A stretch of DNA of 57,901 bases, the filler included, from Catajapyx aquilonaris (taxonomy: Eukaryota), in assembly GCA_000934665.2 (NCBI GenBank). It is 3 parts of 3 records of this genome, joined end to end, with 100 filler letters (N's around TTAATTAATTAA, not from the genome) between each part and the next. Parts side by side here need not be neighbours in the genome. Positions count along the whole stretch, not along the records: positions 1 to 19,232 come from JYFJ02006507.1; 2 more parts are not named here. One strand, 5' to 3'. The position numbers and the translations under genes are program-made. The notes below the pieces were generated by a model. The model worked only from the letters and a program-made list of their open reading frames with translations. It did no database searches and had not been told where the DNA came from. This document shows positions 1 through 13,800 of the stretch, one piece after another (the first letter of the stretch is position 1; the number at the start of each line of letters is the position of its first letter).

Positions 1-511
1 TGATAATTATTTGTGTTTCAGTTATATCAAGTAAAAAAGGCATATTCATTATACAGTATGTTATCAGAAACCATTATTTTCGCGGCTTTTCCAGTTTTCC
101 CCGCCACTTCTTCCACCCTTTTCTCCCAGTCTTACAGTCTGATATCTTTTCTCCAACTGAACCTGCGTTACTGAGCTAGTCAGGGTGTGACCCGAGGTCA
201 TGGGTCACACAATGTATTGTACTGTATAAAGCATATATACGATATACCTACCAGCTGTGTCTGTGTCCTTCTTTCTGAAGATTTGGAAATGGCCACCCTA
301 TACCTGCTACAGAAGGCCTAAAAAGGGACATGTCCACTAAAAGAAAATAATACATTCCCACACATGAAGGGCATCGACTCTCACACTCGTCAAAAACAAA
401 CAAAAAATGATAAGAAACTGCGTATGTTCCCAAATTATTCTGTCTGCAGTACGCCACCCCCATCATCACAGGATGTTACTCTCGAACTGATATACCGTAC
501 TTCAAGGGGTA

Positions 512-668
512 CTCTCTCAAAAGCAACGTGTATCCATGGTACACAGCGTTGCGATTTTTTTTTTAAAAAAATGCACATTGTGTACTGCATTATGTACATT
601 AGTTAGTACAATGCAGTACACAATTATTTTGCTGTGTATACCATGCATACTCATTGTTTTTAGAGCGC
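512..668. repeat. Degenerate palindromic MITE-like element
   Basis: Imperfect inverted arms (gtatccatggtacacagc...tgtactgcatt / aatgcagtaca...gctgtgtataccatgcatac); ends approximate. Confidence 0.45.
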
Positions 669-1918
669 TTAAAACTTGTCATAGATAAAATCCTGCTCTA
701 TTGAAAAAATACATGTGGATCGCTGCGAGAGCCAATAATAAATTGATATGAAGAAATTAATATGAAGAAAATATAACTAACTCTGCTCGAGTATATGTGC
801 AGGAAGCGCTCACCTACAATCCTGTAGTGTTGACGAGTACAAAATGAGGGATTAAAAATTGCCCCCAAAATATTATCTAAAAATATGAACGTGGATCAGT
901 TAAAAGAAAACATAATAACTTAATAATGCCGACTGCTCGAAACATTTATTATGCACATTTAATGGGAGGTTCCTGGTTACAATTAAGCATTTTGAATGGT
1001 TCACCGAGATTGATAGTACCTGATGCAGTTGTGAACTGGGTTGTCTGAAAATCAGGTATGACGCACATTATCTAGATTCAATTTTTTTGCCATTATTAGC
1101 TCCATATTAGCCACTAGACCAATGTATCACATGACAAATATCTACTGCATGTGCGGGTAATTAGCTAGTACTGTAATACAGGCCAATGTTTAACTCGAAC
1201 GAATACTTGAGTAACGGATTTTAATGTTTAGATGCAATGACATGCTATAAAATTGAAGCCTTTTTATTCTAAATTTTCTTAATAATATACTGTACTTGCC
1301 TCCCTGATGAAGACCTGGCACCCGAAGACCTGGCACACCGAAATTACTCGTAATTGACCTGGAATCTCAACGATGAAGAATTTATTGAGGGATAATATTA
1401 AGGTTCTTTTATTAGCAAGCTTGTTTTTGTTTTTTCCGATCCACAGATATGGGCACAACACGCATTATATGAAAAAAGTTAGTCTGTTTAATCGCACATA
1501 CGTACAGATGTAGATTCTGCTAGGTATGACGGTGATGACGGTGCTTCAATATTCCTTCGAGCGTTCCTCTCTGCATTTCTTGCTCCTCCTCCTCCAGGGG
1601 GTTTATGTGAACAGGAGCTCTGTCCTGCATCTGAGGAAGAGAACAGATAGTTATGAAACTATTGGTCATCACTCACTTTATAGAGACAGAGACATTAAAC
1701 AGGACGTTTGAAATCGTAGATTCGGTGATGCTGAAGTAAAAAAGGCGTATTTATTAGTATAATATAGTGTGTATTGTACACAGCCTATACAGAGCATCTA
1801 TGCCCTTCTTTTGGAGATTTGGACATGGTGTCACCCTACATGAAATTATGTTCAATATTATGTGTTATGAACATGTTCATAGGTCTCCTCGTAATGAAGC
1901 AATAACTCCTACGAAGTG

Positions 1919-1987
1919 GGGGGTGTATCTCAGTGGTAGAGCGTTCGCTTTGCATGTGAAAGGTCCCGGGTTCGATCCCCGGCACCA
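1919..1987 (+). pseudogene. tRNA-Ala(UGC) pseudogene or defective copy
   Basis: GGGGGTGTAtCTCAGTGGTAGAGC...TTCGC-TT-TGC-AT-GTGAA...GGTTCGATCCCCGGCACCA followed by a T-run. Anticodon TGC at 1951-1953. The 3' acceptor strand is about 3 nt short and the D-stem has G10>T. Confidence 0.8.
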
Positions 1988-2144
1988 TTTTTTTAGCCCC
2001 TTGGGATTGGAAGCACGACACGAGAGGGAAAAGCTCCCGAAGTTAGAGGCATATTTGTTTATTGTCTGGGAGCACCAGGGAGCATCAGGGAGTACCAAGG
2101 AGTACCACTGCAGGTGTACACCGGAGTACCGAAGTGAGTACCCC

Positions 2145-2806
2145 CTTGGCCAGGACAAACGAATATGCAGGGTGGGGAACAGTGGTCATGTTATTTCTTA
2201 TCAGGAAGTCCCTGACTACGCGTGAGGTGTGTGCAGGCGGCATTGTCATGGTGCAGCAACCAGTCTATAATTATGTTCTTCCACATCTCCGGCCATTTGA
2301 GCCTAAATCGTCTCAAACCATCCCAGTAGGCCCTAATACTTGCCGTTGACAGTTTTACCAGGAGGGAGAAACTCCATATGCATAATTCCTAAAATGTCAA
2401 AGAAAATGATCAGCATTTATTGAGTTGAGTTTGCTGCAAACTTGACGCGCCACCTTCGAAGCTGTTAACCCACTCATATATGTTATTGCTTGTCTTACAA
2501 CTTGCTCATCAAAAGCCTTGTTCAGCATTCGGTTGGTTGCATCCGAAGTTTTGTTGAGCTGGAAGCAAAATTTACAAATCTTTTGCTCCCTAACATAAGC
2601 GATTTCGAAAAATCGCAGAAGCACAAGAACACGGTGTCAAGATAACTGCCGAAACTCGGAAACATGTGCACCTATGAAGACGAAATTTTTCAGACTAATA
2701 GATGAAAGGTGTAGCCTACCCAGCGCCCCCTAACGTCACAAGTTTGTACCTCCACTGGATTTCACGGTATATCGACAGTCCGGGAACTTTTTGATCACAC
2801 CTCGTA
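2145..2806 (-). mobile_element. Internally deleted mariner (Tc1/mariner) remnant
   Basis: 5' TIR TACGAGGTGTGATCAAAAAGTTCC at about 2783-2806; HTH remnant (KFCFQLNKT...MLNKAF); catalytic remnant LLHHDNA...VRDFL...PHPAYS. Confidence 0.8.
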
Positions 2807-3539
2807 CACCTTTAAATTATTATTTCCGTAGTTTCCATCGATGTGTGGAAGCCGCAAAGAAAGCATACATTCTCTGAAGGGTTCCAAAAAATTTCACACA
2901 TCACTTGGGTGTCACCCCCTTTGAGGGTGGCACCCGGTGCGGTCCGCACCCCCCGCACCTGCCTAGCGACGCCACTGCCGTACAGTCTTATTTCGAAAGA
3001 CCCGACAGATGGAGACCGAGGTATACCCTGGCCCCAGACCAAAAACCTGATATTAGGGCCTTTTAGGTCAAAGGTCACCCTGCAACCAACCATGGAAAGT
3101 GCCCTAAAAATTATGCTGATTAATTTGCATGATTGTGCTGGTGAGTGTATTGGACCTATAGTTTAAATTCTGGGGTTGAATATGTTAGGTTAGAGAATGG
3201 AATTCCCTGGTATAAGACAAATCCACTCACAATGGGGTGCGTAGGGGCTAGGGGGGTTGCCGGGATGGACAACACAAGCGCAGCCATTAAAAACTTTTTT
3301 TTTTACTTTTTTTCTTCGAGAAAAGTGACCGCCCCCGCCCATTAAGGAAGGTGTCTTAATAATTTCAACAAGTTTTTCTCCTCTCCTCCCCTCTCCCGAC
3401 ACTCCTTTTCAATAATTTAATAATTTAATTATTGAAAATGAGTGTTTTTCACAAAATGAATGCACCTTGTTAACATTCAATGATAACAATTTTGTTATCT
3501 GAATGATAACAAGGCACATTCACACAGCCATGATGTCGT

Positions 3540-3646
3540 AAGCTGCTTGTTTATAAGCAGGTCGTTGCTATAAGAGGTGCTATTCCCGATACTCTAGAGT
3601 CTAGAAAGTATCTCTTAGCAACGACCTGCTTATAAACAAGCAGCTT
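3540..3646. repeat. Palindrome with ~30-bp arms, probably MITE-derived
   Basis: aagctgcttgtttataagcaggtcgttgcta / tagcaacgacctgcttataaacaagcagctt. Confidence 0.7.
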
Positions 3647-4380
3647 GCGCGATTTTTCCAATAACTGTTGGTGCCATAGAGTTGGATCACCCTGTATTGA
3701 GGGTTATCATGTGTTCAAGTCATGCGAATCTGATATTGTATTTGATCATGTGAATTTTTAAAACGAGGTCATCCTAAGCTTGGGTCAAAGGAAATGCTGT
3801 TGTTTGTCTGACCAAGGTGGTACTCCTGATTTCAGCAAGACAGCAACTATTGTTGAACTTGGTTGTTGCCGTTTCCTTGGAGTCCATTTCTTGTTGATAG
3901 TGCCTGACACTTGAAATCTGCCCCCCCCCCTTGGACAGACGTCTCGTGGAGAGCTGCCCTTATTAACCTTTGATACAGGGAACCAGTACCTGATTCAGTT
4001 GTAAGGATACTTGTTACATTTTAATATATTGTATGTGGCATTAGAAGGGAAAGAATTCTGCAAGAATTCAGGCATCATTACAAAAGTGGCACAAGTTGCT
4101 TTGTTGTGACTCCTTCTCCCACTACAGTGACAATAGTTTTTCCCTCTAGTTCTTGGCTCATTGCAAATGCTGTGTTGGATCTCTGTTTCTCTTTGCATGC
4201 CACCATATTTTACTTTCTCACTGTTTTTCAATCAATATTAAATTATTGATATTTTCTCTAGGTATGATATTTGCACACCCTCCATCTTTCTTGCAGAATA
4301 GAAGTTCACGGGCTTGTCGCTGCCCTAGATAAGGTCCACTAACCTATCATCCGGTCCAGGTTACCTGAAAGGCGGTCCCC

Positions 4381-5349
4381 ATGGAAAAAAGGAAAGACAC
4401 CTCTAATTTTGATGATGAAAAAGCAACTAGCAATGTAGACAAGGACAAGGTATGTAGTGAGGGCAATTTGATGGAATAGTAATTAGACCTGCAAAATGGT
4501 TGGTTTGAGGTGTAATGGATGCAAAGACCTTTCCATATTTATGCTTAAATTATAAAAGTTGGGTGACTCTGAATCCCTTGCATATCAGAGCCCAGAGTGC
4601 CGCTGCAGAGATCCTGGCACGAATGTATTAACTATTTTTCGCCTTTTTCTTTCTTCCATGAAAGTCCTGTTTTAGCCTTTAATAACAATCAGAATCGTAA
4701 CTGTTTCATTATACCCACTTACCAGCTCAAATCTTACCTTTTGTATAGGAGCCTGATGAGGACAATGTCCCCGATTTTGTAGTCACGATCTTCAGAACAG
4801 GCGCTGGGCAGAACAAAGTAGTCACAGTAGCTCGTTGTGGTCAGAACCAGAAAGCGGCCGGTGAGCCCCGCACACTTCTCTTAATATCTCGAGAGGGTAC
4901 AGATGCTGCCATACATGAACAGATAGTAGCTCATGGGAAGCCAATACCGATGGTACTAAATCCTGATGGCGAGCTTGCTGTCGTAGAGAACCAGCTAGAA
5001 GCTGATGAGCCGCCAAACGCCAATGTATCTGCTCTGGAAGAGAAGGATGAGGAGAAGAAGAAGAAGGACAAGAAGAACCGCTGCGCTGAGTGCGGCAAAA
5101 GGGTAGGGTTGACTGGTAAGTGGTGGCCTGCAGTTGATATACCATACCACCTTACTTGTGGTTCAATATTGACTGGAGACAATGTTTATGGGTGTTTCAG
5201 CTATTGTTTGCCGCTGCGAGAAGATATTCTGCGCTTTCCATCGCTATTCTGATCGGCACAATTGCAATTTCGACTATCGCCAGATGGGTGTCAAGGAGAT
5301 CAGCAAGGACAACCCAGTCGTCACAGCAGAAAAGATTCAGAAGATTTAG
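4381..5349 (+). CDS. AN1-type zinc-finger protein (ZFAND5/6-like C-terminus, no A20 domain), about 194 aa
   Basis: Exons 4381-4449, 4749-5115, 5201-5349 with phase-consistent GT-AG sites. C-terminus [41 protein letters not shown]...NPVVTAEKIQKI* is the AN1 signature. In-frame stop upstream of ATG 4381; AATAAA at 5452. Confidence 0.85.
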
Positions 5350-6204
5350 CATGTGCGCTCCCGAGTGCCATTATCAAAAGCATTACACTATATATCTTTC
5401 GTTGTAATGCTGTATTTTTCAGACCAACTGATCTTGTACACTTGGTCGTGTAATAAAAAAATATTAATTTAAAGGTTTTTTAATTCTAAAGGCGGTAAGT
5501 CACAGGCACAAGATTCAGGTTTAGGTTCCCTGGCGACAACTTCGTCCTTCTGATGAGAACTTGGGTAGGGGTAGGGGTCATTCATTGTTAGAGGGATGTA
5601 GATGTAGTTTTGTTGTCGTGTTTCTTCCAAGACCATCACGGGTGAAGGTACACTTTTTGCTATGTCAACAACATAGAAGGAGAGGTGCATTTCACCCCTT
5701 CTAAAATAGCAAAATAACACCGAACACGACTTTCCTCTCGCAGCTTGACCGTCTGATATGAACGTCCAAGATTCCCAGCAGAATGAAACGAAACTGTCAC
5801 AAAGTCATGATCTTAATCTTATTACAGTATGTACATATATAGTAGCCTACAAACAGAGCGTCTAAGTGTAAGTAACAGTGTACCGTACCATTGCAGTTTC
5901 TTGTGGGGTAACTTCCTCATGTCTCGTCTCACCGCTTCATCTCACACTATAATTGTCACCTTGCCATTGCATTGGCAGGATCACAATGGGCCTGTTGAAT
6001 TGGCTGATGAAGGTCTTTCCAATGATGTGTTTTGCAGCCATATGACATTTAAAAAATGATGGTTGTAAAGGGAAATGTCTAGTTGTTTTTCGGAAAATTG
6101 TTACACTGGTTGTCCTCTCACAGTCAGTTATGCTCGCATGATTATTTTCCTCGTAGGCCGTAGCATAATTATTATGTACTAGTGGAAATGTCATGTGTAT
6201 GTTA

Positions 6205-7205
6205 GTCTCAAACCCGATAACGGCCATTGAGCGAAAAAAACGACCATTTCGCGGAATTGCTCTCTGCAAAACAGCTGGAACGCTTTTCTGGATTAATGTC
6301 ATGACGCGAATTTTGTGTCGTGGCTGGTTTAGAAAAAAAAAAACCATAAGGTGTTGTGGCAGTGTCCTGTTTCCTACTACGCCAAGTAGATGCTGGAAAT
6401 AATGTACCGGTACCGCATTGATAAGGCATGTAAATGTCGTTCAATGCTAAATGTAATTATAAGTGTCACTCTAATGGTGCCTGTAATAACAAATAGCCAG
6501 GGAGGTCAAGTGGCGTAGCGGTATAACGCCCGCGCCCACGGATATTAAGGTCCGGGGTTCGATCCCCACCCGGGGTTCCCACTTTTATCCGTGCAGAGTT
6601 GGGCCATCTCTGGCTTCATTTCGGGTGGCAATTTCCGATAGACTAAACCACCCGGGGGAGTTCACAAAATGACCGTTAGAGACATTGCACTTGCACTTTG
6701 CACATCCCCTCCTACCTACCCTGGAGTAATTAAATAAGATATTATATGGCTCCAATTTCCGATGGTGGTAATCCACCCCCCTAAAGGATATGGTAAATCC
6801 CAATGGGGTAATGCAAAAAAATAAATAATAACAACAAATAGCCTAATCATCGAAGGTAATAGTTCCTGGAAAAGGATATAATATACAGTACAAGTAATAA
6901 TGTTGATAAACAAGATCATCACAAATTGTTAAGTATTTCAACCACTGATTTACCAAACAACAATAGGGGGATTTATTTCCAGCATCTACTTGGCGTATGG
7001 GAAACAAGAAACTGCCACGACGTGTTATGGGCCATGACGCATAATTCGCGTCCTGACATTTCTAATCCATAAAATCGTTCTTGTTGGTTTGAAAACTACA
7101 ATTCCGCTATCTGGCAGTTTTAAAATGAGCATTTTGCGGTCTGCCCGTTTTGAAGAGAGAATCCAGCGGAATGGCCGTTTTTTTCGCTCAATGTCCGTTT
7201 TTTAA
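6205..7205. mobile_element. Non-autonomous inverted-repeat DNA element (same family as 47847-49743), interrupted by a SINE
   Basis: Arms acggccattgagcgaaaa...acgccaagtagatgctggaaataa (about 6220-6402) versus ttatttccagcatctacttggcgta...ttcgctcaatgtccgtt (about 6972-7200); ends approximate. Confidence 0.65.
6499..6715 (+). mobile_element. tRNA-derived SINE
   Basis: A-box TGGCGTAGCGG, B-box GGTTCGATCC; body homologous to the copy at 57302. Confidence 0.75.
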
Positions 7206-7675
7206 AACATATACACAGCACAAACCTCATTGGCACACTGGTAAAGGACACAGAAGTGCATGAGGGAGTGTACCTTCAATATTATCCTAATTGGCACATA
7301 TTTGGTGGGCATAATCAGGCACGAGATGACGAGAATACCAACCTGATGATGGAGAGTCTGGTACATTTCCACAGACTACATAAATATTTGAATTCCCCCT
7401 GTATCCATATGGTACTCTTCAACTATGCAAGTTTTTAAATCATACACCCATGCCTACATGGTAGACCTACTGTAGTTAAATTTCAAAGTTACAAAAAAAC
7501 AATTAACAAAATACAATGATAAATAATAAGAGTACTGTACTGTAATAAAAAATCATTTTGGATCTTGCAAATTCCATATTTGTATTTATCATGTGTATTT
7601 AATATTTTCAAACCATGGATAACTGAAAATACAGATATAGGGGGAATGCTGTAGGGCGTAGACTATAAGAATTAA

Positions 7676-7947
7676 CCCTGGAACCGTGCCGTGGGGTCTT
7701 TTTGGACCCCAAGGAATTAAAATGCATTAAAATGATAATTACGATGAACTTTTGCCAATTTTTTACAGCATATAACAGTAAGTGCATGTTTATTTTGAAT
7801 TAACGATCATCTTAGGCATTGTTCAAAGAATGATTGTATCTAGTCAATACATTGAAAAGTATTATATAAAAATTAAAATATAGATGGGGTCCGAAAAGAC
7901 CCCACAGCACGGTTGCCGTAACGTTTAGGCACGGCACGGTTCCAGGG
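7676..7947. mobile_element. piggyBac-type MITE
   Basis: TTAA|CCCTGGAACCGTGCCGTG...CACGGCACGGTTCCAGGG|TTAA; inverted homologue at 49878-50158. Confidence 0.85.
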
Positions 7948-10815
7948 TTAAATTCCGAGACATACTGTATATTTTTCCACTGACTTGCAGTGGAGATGTA
8001 TATCCCAAGAGGTGAAGAGTATCTGTGATTTCCAGTCACTTGATCATTTCAAATCCGAATCTCTGAAATAGGTCACTTACATAATATCACACAAATATTT
8101 GGAACAACTAAGTTCTTCAATTTGTTTTATTCCACAAGTGCCAACACACTAAATAATCGTCACATACAGCTACCCTGCTTCTCTCCCTGTCTCACACCTT
8201 GGCATTCTTTTGTGGGACAAGGGAGGTCAATAAGTTTGTCCAAACCTTCGATTATTTTCTTCTCCACAAAAACACCCTACTGCTGCTGACATTACATAAG
8301 GTACCTAGTCGTGAGAGAATGTTGTAGAAGGCACTGGAGGAAAGTAAGTTTTTGAAAACAAAAGGAAGTGGGGGTTTAATCCTTCACCCTGCCTTCTCCC
8401 ACACAAGAATTTATTTATTTTTTACTGAACGGATCCTCACACAGGCACCAAATAAAGAGAAAAATCCACATAATGAATTGGCTACAAACTGGGAAAAAAT
8501 TTTCCATCTGAAAATAAGGTGCATGTTGGTCTTGGATGACATGTTTGTGCTGTACTGTAATTGTAATTCCTCATCCTATTTACACAGGAGATAGGAGGAA
8601 TGTGACATATCTACACAGTTGGGGAAATTCCCCTTCCTCCATCTCTTCTCCCTTTTTCATTTACACAGCTCTGGAAAGGGTCACTCATACTCACTCAGTC
8701 ACACATCCTTACATTGATAGCAACACATGCATACATACCCCCCCCCTCCCCCAACCCCACTGCCCCATACATACACACACACACACCCACACTTGTGCGA
8801 GGATGGATAGGTTTGGTACTTTCTTGTTAACCTGTAGATGATGGGAAGAAATAATGCCAACACTCTCATATCAGTGGGAATGTTGTCCCATCAGTGACAA
8901 GGAAATGAAATTTGCAATCTACTCTATAATCATGTCCTAATAAAATATCAGGTTTGTCATGTCTCCTGCCCAACAAAACCTTCAAGACAATTGTAATGAA
9001 AGATATCTCTCTCACGTTCTTGTTCTCTACATGATGTTCTTCCTTCTCATCCCACATTATTATTATTATTATCTCTGCATACCTACAGTAACTCTTTGGT
9101 GTCAGATTGCACGCCTCTGAATATTTAATGTTCCCCATCCTACAGTGGCTGCAGCAACATTCGGCCAGACAGGGAACTTCTCTTAATACTATACAAAAAG
9201 AGATAAGACGCATCTATTCACATTGTGAGAGGAGACCAGGAAGGTCAACATGTGTGTACCTCACTATACTCAAAGAATGTGCCAAGCTGCACATTAATCC
9301 AACTGGTTTCATCCCGTGACTGAAAATGTGAGATATTCACATACTACTGTAACTTGAAGGCACAACAACTTCAAACCTGCCAAAGGCATTGAGCCAATAC
9401 TATCGGCTTCTAAGGAGATCTCGGAAGAAGTAAAACTATCCACTTGAGAGTGGCACACTGAGAAAACCAAAGTCTAAAGACACTTAACGAATGATGAGAT
9501 TTTTTTGTATATGCATTTTTTGGACACATACACAACATGGCAAAAAGTACGAACGCACGCTTAAATGGCAAGAATATGTACACTTTCTTTGGCATTATGT
9601 GCTTTCCTTCGCCTTTCTGTTCTTTGTCGTACAGCTGTGACACCTCTTTTTCATGTTGCCATCTCCAATTCTCACCTCTTTTCCTACACTTATAAAATAA
9701 GGTAGTAGTAAATAGCTGTTCACTACATACATTGTTTCCTATGATGATGATCCGTTTTTCTACTTATTTTACAAAGTCGTTCAGAAGGAATGAACATATT
9801 AAGTGCAATCAAGTTGCTGCATGAAAGTAACAAAATAATTATCTTTCTGACAACCCTCCCTCTCCTGAACTATTTGCTTGGAGTCGCCAAAAGGTCATGT
9901 GTCTGTAGTTAATTTCAAAGAATTAAATACATCAAGCCAACATTACAGGACAATGGACTTGCACAAGTGGTGAGATATTACTAATAAATTTTTTTCCTCA
10001 AGAAAGTAAAGCCATCTGAATAGACAAAAAACACAGTACAACCATCAAATGCATTCCACACATTTTGGCACATTGGACCTTTCAGCTGACGTCAGTCTGA
10101 CGAAGTACTGTATATATTCTTTCAAAACAATTGTGGCAAAACTGATAGTCCATTCATTAAATGTTCACACACTTAAGTCTAGACATAAACATTCTCAGCC
10201 AAGTTAACAAACGTAGTCCATAACTGGCAGACAGTAAAAGAGAAAAAGAATAGGAAGAATAGTAAACATCGAAAACATACTGAACAAACACACAAAAAAA
10301 TCCTTCTCACAACACTGGTATAACGACAATTTGTTTTAAGTACATGAACACAGTAGCCAATCTTCTCGTCATCTTGCAAGAACAGAACGTACCACCTCAC
10401 CATCTGCTTTTCACCTTACACAGTATTGTACAATATACAAGTACGGAGGCATTTGAAATCACTGGAGCCCCACCTTGGCAGCCTCGTTGACACTAAACTT
10501 CTCCACAACACAATTACTGGCATTGGGGAACTTTTGCACCTCCTTACCAGCTGCAGTTAGAGGGATGAATACAGCAATAAACAAAAATATCAGGGCTGTA
10601 CACAATCATAAGAAGAGGGAAGACAAGTCTCAGCCTTGCAGATCACACAAGTCACAGCCTGACTCAAAACCCATTGGCACTACCTCCAACCAAGAATCAG
10701 CGTGTGAAGGCAGGAAAATTAATAAAAATAAAAATAAACACAATAAGAATCTATCCCTCTTCCTTTGGCCCTGTTCCACTCTGTGTCTTCCACTTGTATA
10801 ATTCTCAGTGTAGGG

Positions 10816-13800
10816 TTACTGCTGCTGGATAAGTAGTTGCTCCAGTTCATCTGCTGAGCGTAGAAGGAAGGCAGCAGACTCACGATATCCAGTGATAAGT
10901 TGGCGCACTGTGGCAATTTCTGTAGGGTTTAACTTGTGGTTGAGCAATGGTTTGGACTTCATGCTCAGATCTGTAGGGCCTGGAAAAGGTCACAAGATGA
11001 ACAAGTTCATCAGTATTTTTTCAAAATGCACTTGTACAGCATTAGAAAGCATGCAAGTGAAGAACAGTAGGACAAGCTGCTAATTATACATGTACACATT
11101 TCATGAGCTACTTTCATGAACTTTGGTAAAGATCCCAAAAACAAAACACAAAAATTAAAATGCCACTATTCCTAATCCATGAATACAGCATAATTATGTG
11201 TATTTATGCATCAAACTAGGGCAGGAAGGCATATCTCAGTCCTTACTGGTCATCACATCAGAACAAATCACTACTGACCTACATTACTATGTAGAACGTT
11301 TTGCTCAAATTTTGCAGAACTATAGCATTTCAGCCATAATTTTTTGCACCAAAACACCAGAGAACTTTTCAATTCATAAAAAATTATTCTATCAGCAATA
11401 TCCTATTTTCCAAACAGCCTTTTAATTACTTGCTAAGCATGCATTTTAATTTAGATTCTATGCTTGCAATTTTACTCTAGACATGTATTTCTGTGTTGTT
11501 CCAGAACATTTTCAGCTCTATCATGTATGTTCTATATTGATCTTGATGTGGGTGCCCAAAAGGATCACAAAAGTTGCTGCCTATGATGCAACAAATCTAG
11601 TTCCCTTCAATCCCTTGATCTACAAAATGAAAAACTGTAAAATAATTTGTAAGCAAATATTTTGCAGCGTTTTCTATTTGTTGCATGGTAGAGATTGGAT
11701 TTACTTTTTGTTCATGAATAACCCAACTAGACACTATGCTGTAGGCCTACTTTAGAAACCCAGTAACCACATCATGATCATTTATAGAGAAAATTCATAG
11801 AAAGTTTCTCCCCATGTTTTTTGATATCACTTTTTGGATATGAGGAACACATACCACTGCTGAATTCTAAATGCTTTACGTGCACTGCACTTTCAGTGGC
11901 CTCTCATGGTGAATAGCACCAAAGTACTACGGTACTTGTAAGAATTTAAAATTTATCCATAAAAAGCACACCACAATCACAACACGCATAAATAATACAC
12001 ACAAATGTGTCACAAAGGTATTTGATCACTAACCCATATCCTCACCGCTATTGATGACTCCAGCTGTGGAGAAGGTAGGACTTGGGAAGATTGGGCTAGG
12101 GAAAGGAGGTGCTGCTGCAGCGGCAGCGGCAGCAGCTGCTGCTGCCCTGGAAAAGGCCTGATTAAAAGGACTCTGGTACATGGACAAGGGAAGGGCGCTG
12201 CCATTCTGGCTGCGGAAGTCTCCCAGGGATCCTGATCGCTCTGAGCCAGACATCTTGCCTCCCAAGACAGAAGGTGCTAGGGAAGAGCCATGTCCATCTG
12301 TGATAAGGCTCTCACCCTTGCTTCCCTTCTCCATGGATGACTCCAGAGGTCGCTCGGCCTGTCATAACAAAACTCATTCAGAAAGAGGAATACCCATTTC
12401 CACCTTTCCAGGCTTTGTACCTTTGTACTTGAATTCTTTTAGTATTTATGATTTGAATACGTGATTTTAAAGTACTCCCCTCAAAAATCTAGTACCTTAG
12501 GCATTCCAAAGAGAAAAAATTTCTAACATGAGAAAGCAAAACCCCCATAAAATAACATTTCAGTTCATTGTACACTTGCAGGGATTCGCATGATACAGAT
12601 GCGATTTTTTTTTTAACTGCTAGTATCAAGATAGGAACACCTACTAAACTTACCCAAATCTTTCCAAGACTCCATCCCTTCAAGGTTTCCCTCTCAGGAT
12701 GTCTATCCCTGTCCCTCTCTTTGTCCTGCTTGGTGGAAATGTCATCTGCCTTGAGCTTCTTATTTCCCAAGATAGATGAGGTAGAGGAAGAAGAGGAGGA
12801 GGAAGCAGCTCTTCCTCCCAACAATCCAAAGTCGCCCTGCATCAGTGTCAGCAAATTGTGTTGCTGACCATGGCCTCCATGTCCGTGGCCCAGGCTGTTG
12901 GCAGACTCTGCTGTTTTGGCCACTTTGGGTGAGGAAGGTGGGTTCAGCTGCAGCAGGCCCTGAAAATCCGAGTGGCATGGGTTGGCAGGGCAAGGTTGGG
13001 GTGGCGGGGAGGTATGCTGCTGGCTTTTAGACCAGGATGCGTTAGGGGTGGTGGTGGTGGTTGTGGTAGTTGTGGTGGCAGAGGTGGTGATGGTTGTAGA
13101 GGTCGTCAGGCCTAGCCAACTTACAAGCGGGAGGGGCATGGGCTGGCTCACTGGCTCCAGACCCATGCGCATCCGTTTCGCGTTCTGACTCTCGTTTTCG
13201 CACGCCTGGGCCAGAATTTGCTCCGCCTGCACCGAGGTCAGATGCGCTGGCGTGGGTCGCGTCTGAAGAAAGAACAAGAAGCACTGTTTGTTTCTTATAT
13301 GCTCCCCTTCCTTGGGGGAAAAGCATCCTAGCACATCACAACCACATCCACAGCAAGATTGAACCCAACAAAATCATAATTATGCCGGCAATAATATAAA
13401 ATAATCATAATCATAATCATAATAATAGGAATGCCCCACTAGGCTTAGATTTCTGTCTGATCCAAGTGCATACATCGACATACATGCTCTTTGTCAAAGG
13501 GCCCAATAGGTACAGGCAGTACAGCATGGCATGGGTTGATATTAAATTATACAAGTTACCAGAAGAACAGGTCTCGGCTATTATGAACAATGTATAGTAC
13601 CGGTATTACAAATTATACCTAACAAACCATTGCAGGTTTCAGTTAATTGACAAACACACTCTCATGGTACTTGGCTCATTATTTTCTGCCTTTTGATTCT
13701 CATGCCATGATGTCTCAGGTGGAAATCTCTATGGTGATGCCAACAAGAATGTGGAAGAATGCCAAGTGATTTATAGAATATAATATGTACATCACACAAC

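Noticed and set aside
100..1640. Possible minus-strand exons of an unknown gene (e.g. about 1500-1631 and 250-310)
   Set aside because: Splice-like signals and short open stretches exist, but there is no recognisable protein motif or consistent exon chain
8100..10815. Long NOL4 3' UTR ending near a minus-strand AATAAA at about 8126
   Set aside because: Plausible because the region is TE-free, but it cannot be delimited without transcript data
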